Positions 25,891-39,804 are shown, counted from the stretch's first letter. The stretch is 64,000 bases of DNA from Octopus vulgaris (GCA_951406725.2 OX597832.1:24676001-24740000); one strand, 5' to 3'. Numbers and translations: made by a program. The notes: a model not told the origin generated them from the letters alone.

Positions 25891-26617
25891 GGATACAAAA
25901 CAACGTTGTGGTTTGGTAGCACTGTTATTTGTGCTATGTTTTGCATTAATGCTAAGATGGTGCGTTTTCTAATGCAGCAGAATGAGTGATTCTTGAATAT
26001 AGGACAATGGTAGACATGTTTAGCCAGCAGCGCTTCAAAACAAGGACTAAAATTTCATCTCAGACAATAAGAGACTTACTGTTTGTTGATGATTAAGCCC
26101 TACTTGGTCATACACTTGAAGACATCCAACACATCTTTATATATAAAAGTGAGGTTGTGTGTCTGTCTCCTGCGATTTAGATTCCTAACTACTCCCACAT
26201 TTTGCGGTGCAGTTTAACCAAAAGCGGGTATCTTATAGTCGTGATTCATATCGAGCCCTTCTGGGTATTAGCGCGCGTCTACGATGAGTCTACGATTTAA
26301 AAAAAAATTACGATCATTTTTTCCCATTTTAATGCATTTTTTTCGCTATTATATAAGGGAAGTAACTCTCTAAAAATGTCTACGATGGGTCAACGATTTA
26401 AAAAAAAATTTACCATAATTTTTTTTCCATTTTTAATGCATTTTTTGCTATTTTTTGGCTATAACTCTCTAAAAATGCTTATATAGTTATTTCCCTTACA
26501 AACCCGAGCAACGCCGGGCGATACTGCTAGCTATTTATATACTTGTAGCAACAGATAGATTTTTGGCTTAACTATAAGCATAAAAAAAAGACTGAACTGT
26601 TGTATCAACCACATCCT
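25891..26617 (+). pseudogene. Decayed RTE reverse transcriptase fragment, split by a Helitron
   Basis: [45 protein letters not shown] [insertion] FGLTISIKK.TELLYQPHP (RT QG and FADD regions). Confidence 0.8.
26134..26530 (+). mobile_element. Non-autonomous Helitron
   Basis: 5' A|TC start, subterminal hairpin CCCG AGCAACGC CGGG, 3' CTAG, no TSD; internal ~100-bp duplication; cleanly interrupts the RTE frame. Confidence 0.8.
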
Positions 26618-26625
26618 AGTAACAA

Positions 26626-26738
26626 TCTTGGGCAAGTGTCTTCTACTGTAGCCTCGGGCCAACCGAAGCCTTGTGAGTGGATTTGGTAGCCGGAAACTGA
26701 AAGAAGCCCGTCGTATATACATATATGTATATGTGTGT

Positions 26739-26783
<45 letters not shown>

Positions 26784-27000
26784 ATATGTTTGTGTGCCTG
26801 TGTTTGTCCTCCCCCAACATCGCTTGACAACCGATGCTGGTGTGTTTGCGTCCCCGTCACATAGCGGTTCGGCAAGAGAGACCGATAGAATAAGTACTAG
26901 GCTTACAAAGAATAAGTCCCGGGGATCGATTTGCTTGATTAAAGGCGGTGCTCCAGCATGGCCGCAGTGAAATGACTGAAAGGAATAAAAGAATAAAAGA
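26626..27000 (+). mobile_element. SINE family B, 5'-truncated
   Basis: Matches 31223-31663. Confidence 0.9.
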
Positions 27001-27069
27001 ATAGCGATCATAGATTTCTACTTCACAGTCCTGAAATAGGCAGACAATTATTAACTGTAAATTACCTAC

Positions 27070-27415
27070 AGAAGAACACAGTTGATATTTCGCAGCCATA
27101 TTCTTTTGCCTGTGACAGTTCTTTACTGGATTCGGTTTTCACTGAATAGCAATAGAACTGAAGCAGGCCTTTTGGTAGGCAGTTGGACAAATATATAAAA
27201 ACGGCACAGTTTCCATAATGATATTCGCCGTATCTAAAGATTTTGTTGGAACCATAAAAGTTTGATACAAACGAGACCTTTCTCTGTGATGAACTACAGC
27301 AGTTCTGGCTCACTAAAGATCATAGATGTGGTGCATATACCAGATCTAAATCCACACTGAGATTCCACTTGAGTCTGCGAACGATTCAAGAGGAATCGAC
27401 TGAGTACGCCCCTAA
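27070..27415 (-). pseudogene. Decayed RTE reverse transcriptase N-terminal fragment
   Basis: GVLSRFLLNR..ESQCGFRSGICTTSMIFS..TKSLDTA..LWKL..GCEISTVFF. Confidence 0.7.
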
Positions 27416-27452
27416 TAGTTACAACGAACGAAACACCACAAACATCGTAGTT

Positions 27453-27686
27453 CGGCGAGCTGGCAGAATCGTTAGCACGCCGGGCGAAATGCGTAGCCGT
27501 ATTTCGTCTGCCGTTACGTTCTGAGTTCAAATTCCGCCGAGGTCGACTTTGCCTTTCATCCTTTCGGGGTCGATAAATTAAGTACCAGTTACGCACTGAG
27601 GTCGATATAATCGACTTAATACGTTTGTCTGTCCTTGTTTGTCCTCTCTGTGTTTAACTCCTTGTGGGTAGTAAAGAAATAGGTAT
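27453..27686 (+). mobile_element. SINE family C, full monomer
   Basis: Matches unit 15279-15510. Confidence 0.9.
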
Positions 27687-27919
27687 GATTATTTTTTCTT
27701 TTGAACAGCAGTATCAGTATTGTGTTAATCCATTCCTGCGGAATTGGTGGATCAGTCCACATATTACCCAATACTTTAGTTACAAAGTGTTGGGAAATAC
27801 GTGAACAACAATACAGTGCTTAATCAACTGAGCCCAGGATTCTTCAATTACTGAATTGATCTTGATAACAATGTTCACTACTTCGTTGGGAGTGATGTGA
27901 TATAATATATGATATATAA

Positions 27920-28203
27920 TCCGTCTGTCGCTTCAAAATACACACACTGTCAGTGATAAATAGTAAACGAACTTTTAGATCGAAACTGGGAACACGAAAT
28001 ATCGATTTACGGAGAGGTACTTGCATAGCAAGTGACCCGATCTGAGATCGTCAGCTGGAACGAAAACAATTGCAGCGTGGAAAGTGTTTATAAGCCATTT
28101 AAGAAACACACAAAAAACCGTTTGGTTCACTTCAACATTTAAATTTAATTTGTCTCATAGAGACGAAAATATTTTGACAAATTTAATTTAAACGTTGAAG
28201 TTT

Positions 28204-28207
<4 letters not shown>
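27920..28207 (-). mobile_element. Family G element with an inverted arm containing half of the hammerhead
   Basis: 28008-28154 matches 7992-8136; IR 28129-28154 / 28176-28201; abuts (CA)n. Confidence 0.7.
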
Positions 28208-28289
<82 letters not shown>

Positions 28290-28321
28290 ACATACAAAGA
28301 TATAGAAACACACACAATTGC

Positions 28322-28375
<54 letters not shown>

Positions 28376-29537
28376 ATATATATATAAAGATAGGGGTTAT
28401 GGGTGTAGAACAAACTAAATTTGTTTCTTATTTGTATTATGTATATATATATATATATATATGTGTGTAAGTGTGTGTGTGTTTATACGCATGTACACAT
28501 ATATAGTCTAGCAAAGCATTCAAGGAAACTTTGTAAACAACTTCATTCTATTTGCCGTTACAAATCGGTGAAGAGAATTAAAAAAAGAGAACAAAAAGGA
28601 CAAAACAAAAAAACCAAAACTAGAACAAAAACAAATACGTTCCTTGCCAAAGATGGTAGACATACAACTGTAAAAAGTAGGGCTGCATCTGAGATAAATA
28701 ATATCTCTTATTTTACGTGGAGGCACACTTAATCTAAACATTGATGCTGGTGTGGTTCCGGATTAGAACTACTCTACGTTCGATCCTTACATTTTATTGC
28801 CTACTTAAATGTTTTGTTCTCGATGTAACAAGGTCTTATTATTTATATTTATCTTTCTCTTATATTTTCGGTTTTACTAAACAACTGTCTGTCTTAGAAT
28901 ATACAGCAGTTTTTCGTTGTTGTTATTTGTAGCTGCTTGTTTTCATTCTGGGTAATTATTATTTTTTTATACTTTGTATTTCGCGTTGTTTGTATTGTAA
29001 TACTGTCGGTGTTTTTAGAGTGTAAGACTTACATGCTGCCATTGCCGTTCCTTTGGAGCTGTTGCTTTCGTTATTGCTCATTGAATTGCAAATACACCTT
29101 AACCAAAGATAGAACAAAAAAAGAACAACAAAAAAAAATCCAAGAATTTTTCCATTCTGTTGACAACTTTTGTCAACAAATTTATTGATCTGATTTGCAA
29201 AGTTTTTTTTTTTTGGCATTGTTTCGTTGGTTGAATGAGTTTGCGTATGTCTGTTTGATGTTTGAATGTTTCTATCGCATGCTTTTCATGTTCGTTTGTT
29301 GTTGTTGTTGTTGCAAGTACTTTTCCTATAGTTGCTGTTGGTGTTGGTGTTCTTGTTGTTGTTGCTGTTGGTAGGTGTGTTCGCGTTGGTAACGGTGGTG
29401 ACGTTGATGGGGGGGTAGTTGAAGGTGTTGGGTCTTGTGTTATTGTGCCCTCGTTAGTGGTGCGAAAATAATCGTCTAAATCTTAGTGGTGTGTGTATAT
29501 ATGTATATACTTATAAATATCTATATACATATACATT

Positions 29538-29619
<82 letters not shown>

Positions 29620-30399
29620 GAGAGAGAGATGTAGATATGTATATATCTATATATATACACACACACATATATATATACATATATACATACATACATACAT
29701 ATATATATATAAATATATGTGTGTATGCGTATATATAAGTACGTAAATACATTGTAGATATATGCGTATACTGGCAAAAGTTTACAAAGAGCTATATATG
29801 CATGTCCACATGTATAATACATGCATATGAATATATATATATATATATATAAGGGCATATATGTGTACCTACATATGTGTATATATGTATATATATTATA
29901 CACACATATATATATGTATGTATATTACACATACATACGTATATATATATATATACATACATACATACATATATATATTTACATATGTGTTTCTGGATAC
30001 ACATAGATATGTCTCGTTCTTACTATCAATACATTTGTACGTACATGTACAGACATGCGCGTACACGTGCACACACATACATGTCCTATATACAAACACA
30101 GATGCACATATTATAAAATGAGACACTTTGAAATAAGGAAATGAAAGTACTAAGAATAGCTGAAAGGTACACATTTCTTCATGCACTACTTTTTCTCTAT
30201 AGAAAGGACAAATAGTATATTTTACACCGAACTGATTACGCCAGAAATAATTACACCCGCTTTCAAAGAGTAATTCGTAAATAGTTCTGAGTCTCACAGC
30301 TGAAACATAATCACGTTTACTGTTGTGTATCTTGATGGTATTTACAAGTAATCTGTCATCTCTACTTAACTTGCAACGTATACGTAGCTATGTTTGTGT

Positions 30400-30461
<62 letters not shown>

Positions 30462-30486
30462 TATATATACATATATATACATATAT

Positions 30487-30527
<41 letters not shown>

Positions 30528-30731
30528 TATATATATATTCATATATATGTGTATCTGTATGTATGTATGTGTATATATATATATATGCATGTATGTATAT
30601 ATATTGCCTGACATACGTATGCAAGTGCAATGCACAAGCACGCATGCGCACATTTATATACACAAACATACAAACACGCCATATTTCATACATACAGACA
30701 CGTATTTGTATAAGTATGTGTATGATGTGCG

Positions 30732-30788
<57 letters not shown>

Positions 30789-31222
30789 ATGTGTATGTAT
30801 ATATTCATAAATAAACAGTAACGCAAATAATATATATATATATGTATATATACATATATACATATACATATATATATATAAATAATATATATATGCGATA
30901 CATAAATAATTTATATATATATACATAAAATATATATATATTTGTACACACGCATACACACACACACATATATAATATGCAGACACACACGCACTCTAAC
31001 ATACAAACACACACATATACACATAAATACTTGCATATACATATCCTCTCACATACAGGGATATACAGATATTGATCGAGAAGTATCTTCTATACTTATA
31101 AACATAAACAAAAACAGTTTCTTTTGTATCCCTTACTATTTCTCTGTGCATATATATTTGTATGTGTCTATATATGTGTGTATATATATATATAACTTTA
31201 TGTATGTATACATATATATATA

Positions 31223-31386
31223 AGGCGTAGGAGTGGCTGTGTGGTAAGTAGCTTGCTTACGAACCACATGGTTCCGGGTTCAGTCTCACTACGTGGCACC
31301 TTGGGCAAGTGTCTTCTACTATAGCCTCGGGCCGACCAAATCCTTGTGAGTGGATTTGGTAGACGGAAACTGAAAGAAGCCTGTCG

Positions 31387-31447
<61 letters not shown>

Positions 31448-31660
31448 ATATGTTTGTATGTCTGTGCTTGTCCCCCCAACATCGCTTGACAACCGATGCT
31501 GGTGTGTTTACGTCCCCGTAACTTAGCGGTTCGGCAAAAGAGACCGATAGAATAAGTACTAGGCTTACGAAGAATAAGTCCTGGGGTCGATTTGCTCGAC
31601 TAAAAGCGGTGCTCCAGCATGGCCACAGTCACGTGACTGAAACAAGTAAAAGAGTAAAGA

Positions 31661-31663
<3 letters not shown>
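31223..31663 (+). mobile_element. SINE family B, full length (tRNA-like head, CORE-like segment, internal microsatellite, tail)
   Basis: A/B-box-like TGGCTGTGTGGT and GGTTCAGTC; GGCACCTTGGGCAAGTG; more than 10 copies in the window. Confidence 0.9.
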
Positions 31664-31710
<47 letters not shown>

Positions 31711-31889
31711 GTATATGTATATATGTATGTATGTATGTGTGTATTCACCCTAAGTCTTTGTGGAAAAAGTGATGAGGCATCACATATCCTTTATTTCTAA
31801 CACCCAAAACCATGACACTTGGAGGAAATTTTCTGTGCATTACACCTAGAACCTCAGAAGGGTCTGCACGTACCCATGTTTCATCTGTT

Positions 31890-32475
31890 AGTTTTCTGGT
31901 CGTGGTCAAAGATTTTCACATCTGAGAAAAACTAAATCACATCATCTTTAAAAGTTGGTTGAAATCTCTTTTGGATCTGATTAAACGGTTTTCTTTTGTT
32001 TATTTTTTTTTCTGACATGAATTGTCCTCTCCTCATCACGTAAGATTTGTGTCTAATGTCTTCATGCACGACATTTCTGATTGTTTTTTTTTTCTGAGAC
32101 ACGAATTCTTTGCAGTTGAGCAAATTGATTTTCTTGGTTTGTTTTCAATGTTTTGCTTAACTTCGTGAATAAGCTCAGGTGTCCTGATTCAATTAGAGCA
32201 TTTGGCATATTTTTTACGTTCTCATAGAGGTAACATGCTTCTATCCTCTTTTTCTAATTCACACCGAATCGTGTCGACAAAAGATCTCGCAACTTTCAGA
32301 AAAAGAAGCATATTTCTAAAACACCATGCTTAGCCTTCAAAGCCACAATCACAGCATGCTTTTTTCATTCCATTACTAAGCACAGGGCCTGTCGTTGTCA
32401 TTTTCTGAAATCGAAGTTCAATAAAAATTAGTATAATAAATAAATTACTAAAGATGCATGTCCTCAAATACCGTC
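31890..32475 (-). pseudogene. Decayed Tc1/mariner-superfamily transposase N-terminal fragment
   Basis: TIRNVVHEDIRHKSYVMRRGQFMSEK..KENRLIRSKR..FFSDVKIFDHDQKTN (HTH region plus first catalytic D), frameshifted. Confidence 0.7.
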
Positions 32476-32495
32476 TGTATATATGTATATATATG

Positions 32496-32878
<383 letters not shown>

Positions 32879-32886
32879 TATATATA

Positions 32887-32938
<52 letters not shown>

Positions 32939-32981
32939 CCTGTATATCTGTATATATATATATACATATATACCTGTATAC

Positions 32982-33026
<45 letters not shown>

Positions 33027-33102
33027 CATATATACCTGTATATATGTATATATATATATATACACATATATATCTGTATATATATATATATATACACATA
33101 TA

Positions 33103-33159
<57 letters not shown>

Positions 33160-34003
33160 GTGCATATATATATATATATATATATTCATGTGGGTGCGTG
33201 TCTGAATATATCTATATACACAAGCACATAGTCTCAGCTATCGTTGTTGGTAGTGTCCACCTAATGTGTGCATAACGTACGTTATATTCCTTCCATTTCA
33301 GATCTAAATGTTTCAAACGTATACTTTATTACTTTGATAAAATCTTCAGAATCATTTTATTTGACAAAAGCATAAGATAACCATTACGGACTCTGCCTTT
33401 CTTCATTGCTTTTCTCCTTCCCAGCTATCTTTCTTTTCACTAATTTTCCTAAAGACGCTTTATGCTGATATTATTTAAATATGAAAAATGGCTGTGTTTG
33501 GTTTAAACAAACATAATCACGTCAACGCACGTCCGGTTTCCAAGTTTGCCATACTTTGTTTTATTCTTTTCTTTTTGCCAACAAATTGAAATTGAGGAAT
33601 GATACTGGAAATATACGCATCCTTATATAATACTCCCCTCCCTGCCACAGAGAGTCCTATATTAAAATATCTTTTGCAAATATACATGTAGAAATCTCTG
33701 AAGCTATAGCTATGTTTGTTTCTCTTTCTATTACACTATCTCTCTATCTTTCTGTTTATCTATCTATCTATCTATCTATGTATGTATGTATGTATGTATG
33801 TATGTATGTATGTATGTATGTATGTATGTATGTATGTATGTATGTATGTATCTATCTATCTATCTATCTGTCTGTCTCTCTACCTACCTACCTACCTACC
33901 TAGCTACCTACCTATTTATCCATCCATCCATCTATTTATCTATCCATCTATCCATCTACCCATCCATCCATCCATCCATCCATCTTTCTCTCTCTCTCTC
34001 ACT

Positions 34004-34037
<34 letters not shown>

Positions 34038-35326
34038 CTATCAAACAGTTTGTCTATGAATGCATGTATGTATCAATCTTACTGTCTATTCCTCTATGTG
34101 CTTTCCTGCATGTACGCACCATCCGTTGGGGAATTTGACTAGCTCACCTATATTATCCGTTAATATGTCTGTTAGATAATTTTTTATTTTTAAAGAATAT
34201 AACCAAAAGCAAATGTATCATTATTTTGCAATGTTAATTTTGAAAAGAGCACTAAATATATAATATAAAATAGACATAATTTAATATGAAAGTTTTCTCG
34301 ATAAGATCCGTCCTATATCATATTCAAAGAATGTAATGGCAGGAAACTCATAGCAAAGACGTAAATTGAAAAACACAAAACTTAGTGAAAAGAAAAACCC
34401 ACCTCCATAGAAAGATACGAAATAAAGACGCAAAACAACACCAAAACAAAACAGTACCTTATTGAATATTATTATTGATAATGTCTCATCAATTCAGAGT
34501 CTGAAATATCATTCTATGAACTTGGTTTCTCGGTATTGATGGTTTGATTTCAAGTGGACAAAAGCAGACGATTCTCATTCCGATTGGTTCACTAAAGTAG
34601 TGAATGAACTCTTTACAAGTCTTTATAATATATTCTTCTAGAAAAGCATCAATCACTGCGTCGGGTGTAATGTATGGGTATTATAGAAATATAGCGGAAC
34701 AATTCAGTGTTTCATATCATATCTATTTGTTTTTTGATGTTGTTCTCACTCAAGCAGACGAAGACTCTGAATAAAACTGACGCTCCAACTACGACTAACA
34801 CGATATATGTTTCGGGTATAGCATATTCAAAACTATATTATTCAATACATAACGCTAATTTTTTTAAAGATGGTCGGATGATTGACAAGAAATTTCACTG
34901 AAAGTTTTTAGTTTATCAATTGACAACATAAATCCTCTCTCGCTGGCTCGTACCACATCACATAATAGGTAAATGTGCTGTTTCTCAGGGTAGACTATAC
35001 CTGTCTACAATTGAAGTATACACCTGGTATTTGTGAATTTACTGCAGTCTGGTATAATTTTATTTGCATTGTTGTCGTAAGTGATGGCATATAAACGCCA
35101 TGTTACTGTAAACAAAACTTTTACATGGCGGTACCATATATTATGATTTATTGCTAAAGTTAGTATATGTGTGGTACGATAGTCTCTTATTGCTAATAAT
35201 TACTTAACAATAAATGTGAAGTTAATTGAATTTGTTCAACACTGGCAAAGTTCATATGTAAAATATGCATACATGTGTATATACGTGTGTGTGGATTTGT
35301 GTGTTTACATATGCGTAGGTATTTGC

Positions 35327-35360
<34 letters not shown>

Positions 35361-35604
35361 ATTATATGTAATATTGATATACTGTATATTCTTACTATAC
35401 ATATATATTGTATGTTTATACATATTTTGACGTTCATAGTCAATACAATTTAAATATAGTTTATACGTATAATACAAAAATGCATCAAGCAAAATATAGA
35501 TAAATACACACACAGACATACGCACATCACATATTTACACGTATATATATAATCATAGAAGGATTTACACACACAAACACGCATATGGTTACTTCTATAT
35601 GCTC

Positions 35605-35636
<32 letters not shown>

Positions 35637-35826
35637 CTGTGTGTCTGTGTGTGTGTGTGTGTGTTTGTGTAACTGGCGTGTGCCATTGTTTATATCTTCC
35701 ATTATAGCTGTCTCAATATTTATCTGGATAATTATTTGATGGAAGAAAATTAAAGACAGAACTAGTGAAAATGGAACAAATACTTACTGAAGAACCGAAT
35801 TAGAGGGAAAGATATATTTATATAAT

Positions 35827-35953
<127 letters not shown>

Positions 35954-36176
35954 ATATACGTATGTATGCATGGATGTATATATATAGAATGAAATAAAGT
36001 GTGTGAACAAACAGACGTTATCATGAAAGACATCGGATCTGAAATTATAAAGTTGGTTCTTGAAAGACAATCATACTTTGATTAATAAACACAATAGCAA
36101 TTATGGAAGAACAAAAGCACAAAACATAAACCCCGCAAAAACAATAATTAGGAATCTACTTAGGAATACGCATTGA

Positions 36177-36207
<31 letters not shown>

Positions 36208-36273
36208 CGAAACAAAATTATAAATAATGTACGTCACAGTGTATGTATATACGTATATATGTGTGTGTCTGTA

Positions 36274-36336
<63 letters not shown>

Positions 36337-36352
36337 GTATTTGTGAGTATGC

Positions 36353-36412
<60 letters not shown>

Positions 36413-36869
36413 GAGTATGCGTATATATATATATATATATATCACAGATAACGAGACAATTGCAAAGCTGTGAAATGGTGCTAATCATCGTTTTTCTTTT
36501 ATGTGGTATATCTTTTTATTTCTTTATTTCTTTATTTTATTCCATTTTTTCTTTCCTTAATTCTCACTTGGTTCTAATGTCGTAGCCCCGATCTAATTAC
36601 TTTTGAGCGAATTTGTGCGTCTGTTCTCCAATTAAGAAAGAGTTGAGCTGTACTCTGTTGACTTTTCTAGAATCTTAACACCATATATTTAATGCTCTTA
36701 AAACCTTAAATTCTATGTTGAGCACTTTACGACGTATTGGCCACCCCTCGAAAGAACACTCGAAGCACGTTTACCGTTATTCTTTAATTACCTTGATGTT
36801 CTTTGAATTCTTTAATGTTTGTTTCCTCGGTGGCTTTTGTCGCTTCCCTCACAAGGACAACTATTTATT

Positions 36870-37041
36870 CTTTTATTTGTTTCGGTAATTTTTGATTGCC
36901 GCAATGCTGGAGCACCATCTTTAGTCGAACAAATCGACCCTAGGACTTTTGCCGAGACGCTAGGTCGCAGGGATGTAAACACACCAACATCGGTTGTCAA
37001 GTGATGGTAGGGGCACAAACACACAAACACACACATATATA

Positions 37042-37045
<4 letters not shown>
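36870..37045 (-). mobile_element. SINE family B, 3' half
   Basis: GCTGGAGCACCATCTTTAGTCGAACAAATCGACCC..ATCGGTTGTCAAG. Confidence 0.8.
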
Positions 37046-37088
<43 letters not shown>

Positions 37089-37113
37089 CATATATATACA
37101 TATATATATATAC

Positions 37114-37184
<71 letters not shown>

Positions 37185-37187
<3 letters not shown>

Positions 37188-37370
37188 GTTTGTGTGCCTG
37201 TGTTTGTCCACCCTCCATCCCTTGACAACCGATGCTGGTGTTTTTGTGTCCCCGTAACATAGCGGGTCGGCGAAAGAAACCGATAGAATAAGTACTAGAC
37301 TGACAAAGAATAAGTCCTGGGGTAGATTTGTTCGACTAAAGGCGATGCACCAGCATGACCGCAGTGAAAT
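37185..37370 (+). mobile_element. SINE family B, 3' half
   Basis: CTTGACAACCGATGCTGGTG..CCGATAGAATAAGTACTAG. Confidence 0.85.
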
Positions 37371-37371
37371 A

Positions 37372-37539
37372 ACTCTGTCTTCCCTTCTCGGGATCTTTCC
37401 TTCTCCTATGTTTCCGACGAAGAGCTCCGCTCGAAACGTTAAACCCTCCTTCTTCTCTTCTTTCCTGAGCGTGCAATAATACTTTATTCGTTCCACGTCC
37501 TCGCGTAGTTGTGTTTTTTTTTGTGTTTTCTTGTTTGGT
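37372..37539 (+). mobile_element. Family A element with CCGACGA hammerhead-like motif (37410-37444)
   Basis: GTTT-CCGACGA-A-GAGC TCC GCTC-GAA-ACGT-T-AAAC; ends at (TA)n. Confidence 0.7.
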
Positions 37540-37702
37540 ATATATATATATATTTACTTTTACCCCAACCGCCACTTCGAAGTTCTTGCAATAAATCTAC
37601 GGATAACAACAGGTAGTCATAACTGTGCTGGTGTTTTACTCATTATCTATTTACACATTTTGTATAATTTCTCCATTATACACACACACAAACACACACA
37701 CA

Positions 37703-37768
<66 letters not shown>

Positions 37769-37771
37769 CAC

Positions 37772-38083
<312 letters not shown>

Positions 38084-38096
38084 ATATATATATACA

Positions 38097-38330
38097 TAGT
38101 CAGATAAGAAGAGAGATGGAGCAACAATTATCAATTAGAAGTTGATCATTGGTATTAAATGGTCCTAGTTTAACTGTAGTTAAAATAACATCTACAGCTG
38201 TTTCAGTTTGTTATTTTTGAAGGAAATTTGAGTTTATCTCGTTCCATGTAACAAACATCGTCAGAAAGATTTAGAGTTTATCGGTGGAATACGGACAGGA
38301 GAAAAAGGAAAAAGGAAGAAAAAAGGAAAA
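38097..38330 (-). mobile_element. Hammerhead-bearing short element with 3' end at (TA)n
   Basis: Contains the motif at 38189-38270; pyrimidine-rich 5' part like family A. Confidence 0.5.
38189..38270 (-). ncRNA. Type I hammerhead candidate with long stem II
   Basis: Minus strand: ATCTTT-CTGACGA-T-GTTTGTTA..TAACAAAC-T-GAA-ACAGCTGT-A-GATG; 8-bp stem II, 8-nt palindromic stem III, GUA; stem I weak. Confidence 0.55.
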
Positions 38331-38453
38331 CATATATACACTATTTCTGCCAGTTTTCGTCTATCAAATCCACTCACAAAACACCTCAAGGTGTGGCGAG
38401 GTGGGACAGAACCTTGAACCATTTGCTTGAGATGCAAGCTCCTAACCACCCAA

Positions 38454-38488
<35 letters not shown>

Positions 38489-38512
38489 TATTGAGGCGCA
38501 TACCTCAGTGAA

Positions 38513-38843
38513 GGCGCATAGCTCAGTGGTTAGAGCGTCGAGCTTACGATCGTGAGGTTGTGAGTTCGAATCCTGGACCGGGTTGCGTGTTGTGTTCTTG
38601 AGAAAGACACTTTATTTCACGTCGCTCCAGTTCACTCAGCTGTAGAAATGAGTTGCGACGTCACAACTCCCAAGCTGCATCTGCTGTTGCCTTTCCCTTG
38701 GATAACACTGGTGGCGTGGAGAGGGGAGGCTGGTATGCATGGATGACTGCTGGTCTTCCATAAACAACCTTGCCCGGACTTGTGCCTGGGAGGGTAACTT
38801 TCTACGTGCAATCCCACGATCAGTCATGACCGAAGGGGGTCTC
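38513..38843 (+). mobile_element. tRNA-derived CORE-like SINE family D
   Basis: GGCGCATAGCTCAGTGGTTAGAGC (A box), GAGTTCGAATCC (B box), CORE-like GTGTTCTTGAG..CACTT..CAGTTCACTCAGCTGTAGAAATG; second copy at 44686. Confidence 0.85.
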
Positions 38844-38844
38844 A

Positions 38845-38877
<33 letters not shown>

Positions 38878-39112
38878 TTATAAAATAAGGGCAAAAGAAA
38901 AATTCTAATGCCAAATATGCTGAAAAAAAGACAAAATTGTCAATAACCATTATAATTTATGCTTTGTCTTTTTTTCGGCATATTTGGCATTAGAATTTTT
39001 CTTTTGCCCTTATTGTATAAGTTATTTATAAATTTAACCTTTAAAGGTATTTTTTGATATGCTGGCCATTGATAAAATTTTTTTCGAAAAAATTTTTATC
39101 CTACATTAGTTG

Positions 39113-39114
<2 letters not shown>
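38878..39114 (+). mobile_element. Insert between (TA)n tracts starting with a 58-bp inverted repeat
   Basis: Arms 38878-38935 / 38963-39020 (2 mismatches), then ~95 bp of tail. Confidence 0.55.
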
Positions 39115-39165
<51 letters not shown>

Positions 39166-39652
39166 GACACACTCATTGATGCATAAAAATAGTATAATAT
39201 GTACAATGATGGAGGTGCAATAATTTTCAAAACTAGTTTTAAATTCCCTGCAAAGAGCTTTTCTTTACTAAGAGTTTCTGAGACAGGAGTGGCCGATAGA
39301 CCAAATCCTCTTGGTGAGCAGAGTTAAAAGATATTATCGTTTGATTGAACAGCATGGCACATAGCATTAAACATGGTGTGTACTAAGACAAGTTCTTCAG
39401 TATAATATCTAGTCTTTCAAGCAGCCATTTGCATATACAAGCAAGTACACAAACGTACGTACGTCTGCACCCAGGTGTATATAAACATTACAGGCTCGGA
39501 TCAGTATTATCACAGATGTGCTGAGAGAATAATAAAAATCGAACTCAGCTAAAAGGATTAATTCTGCGTATGTATGTGATTCTAGTACTTATAAATATTA
39601 CATAGGCAGACTGATATGAATGCATGCGTGCATCTATTTATGTAAATCTGTA

Positions 39653-39713
<61 letters not shown>

Positions 39714-39804
39714 AGAGTGACCGATACACACACACACACGTGTGTGTGTGTGTAAATATATATACATGTATATTTATATCCGTGTATATTTGCGTTTATC
39801 CCTA

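Noticed and set aside
33300-33355. Minus-strand CTGAAGA..GAAAC
   Set aside because: Stems I and II do not pair in register; consistent with chance in AT-rich DNA
38513-38585. tRNA gene (also 14950-15022, 44945-45014)
   Set aside because: A/B boxes present but no proper acceptor stem, and they continue into multi-copy SINE bodies
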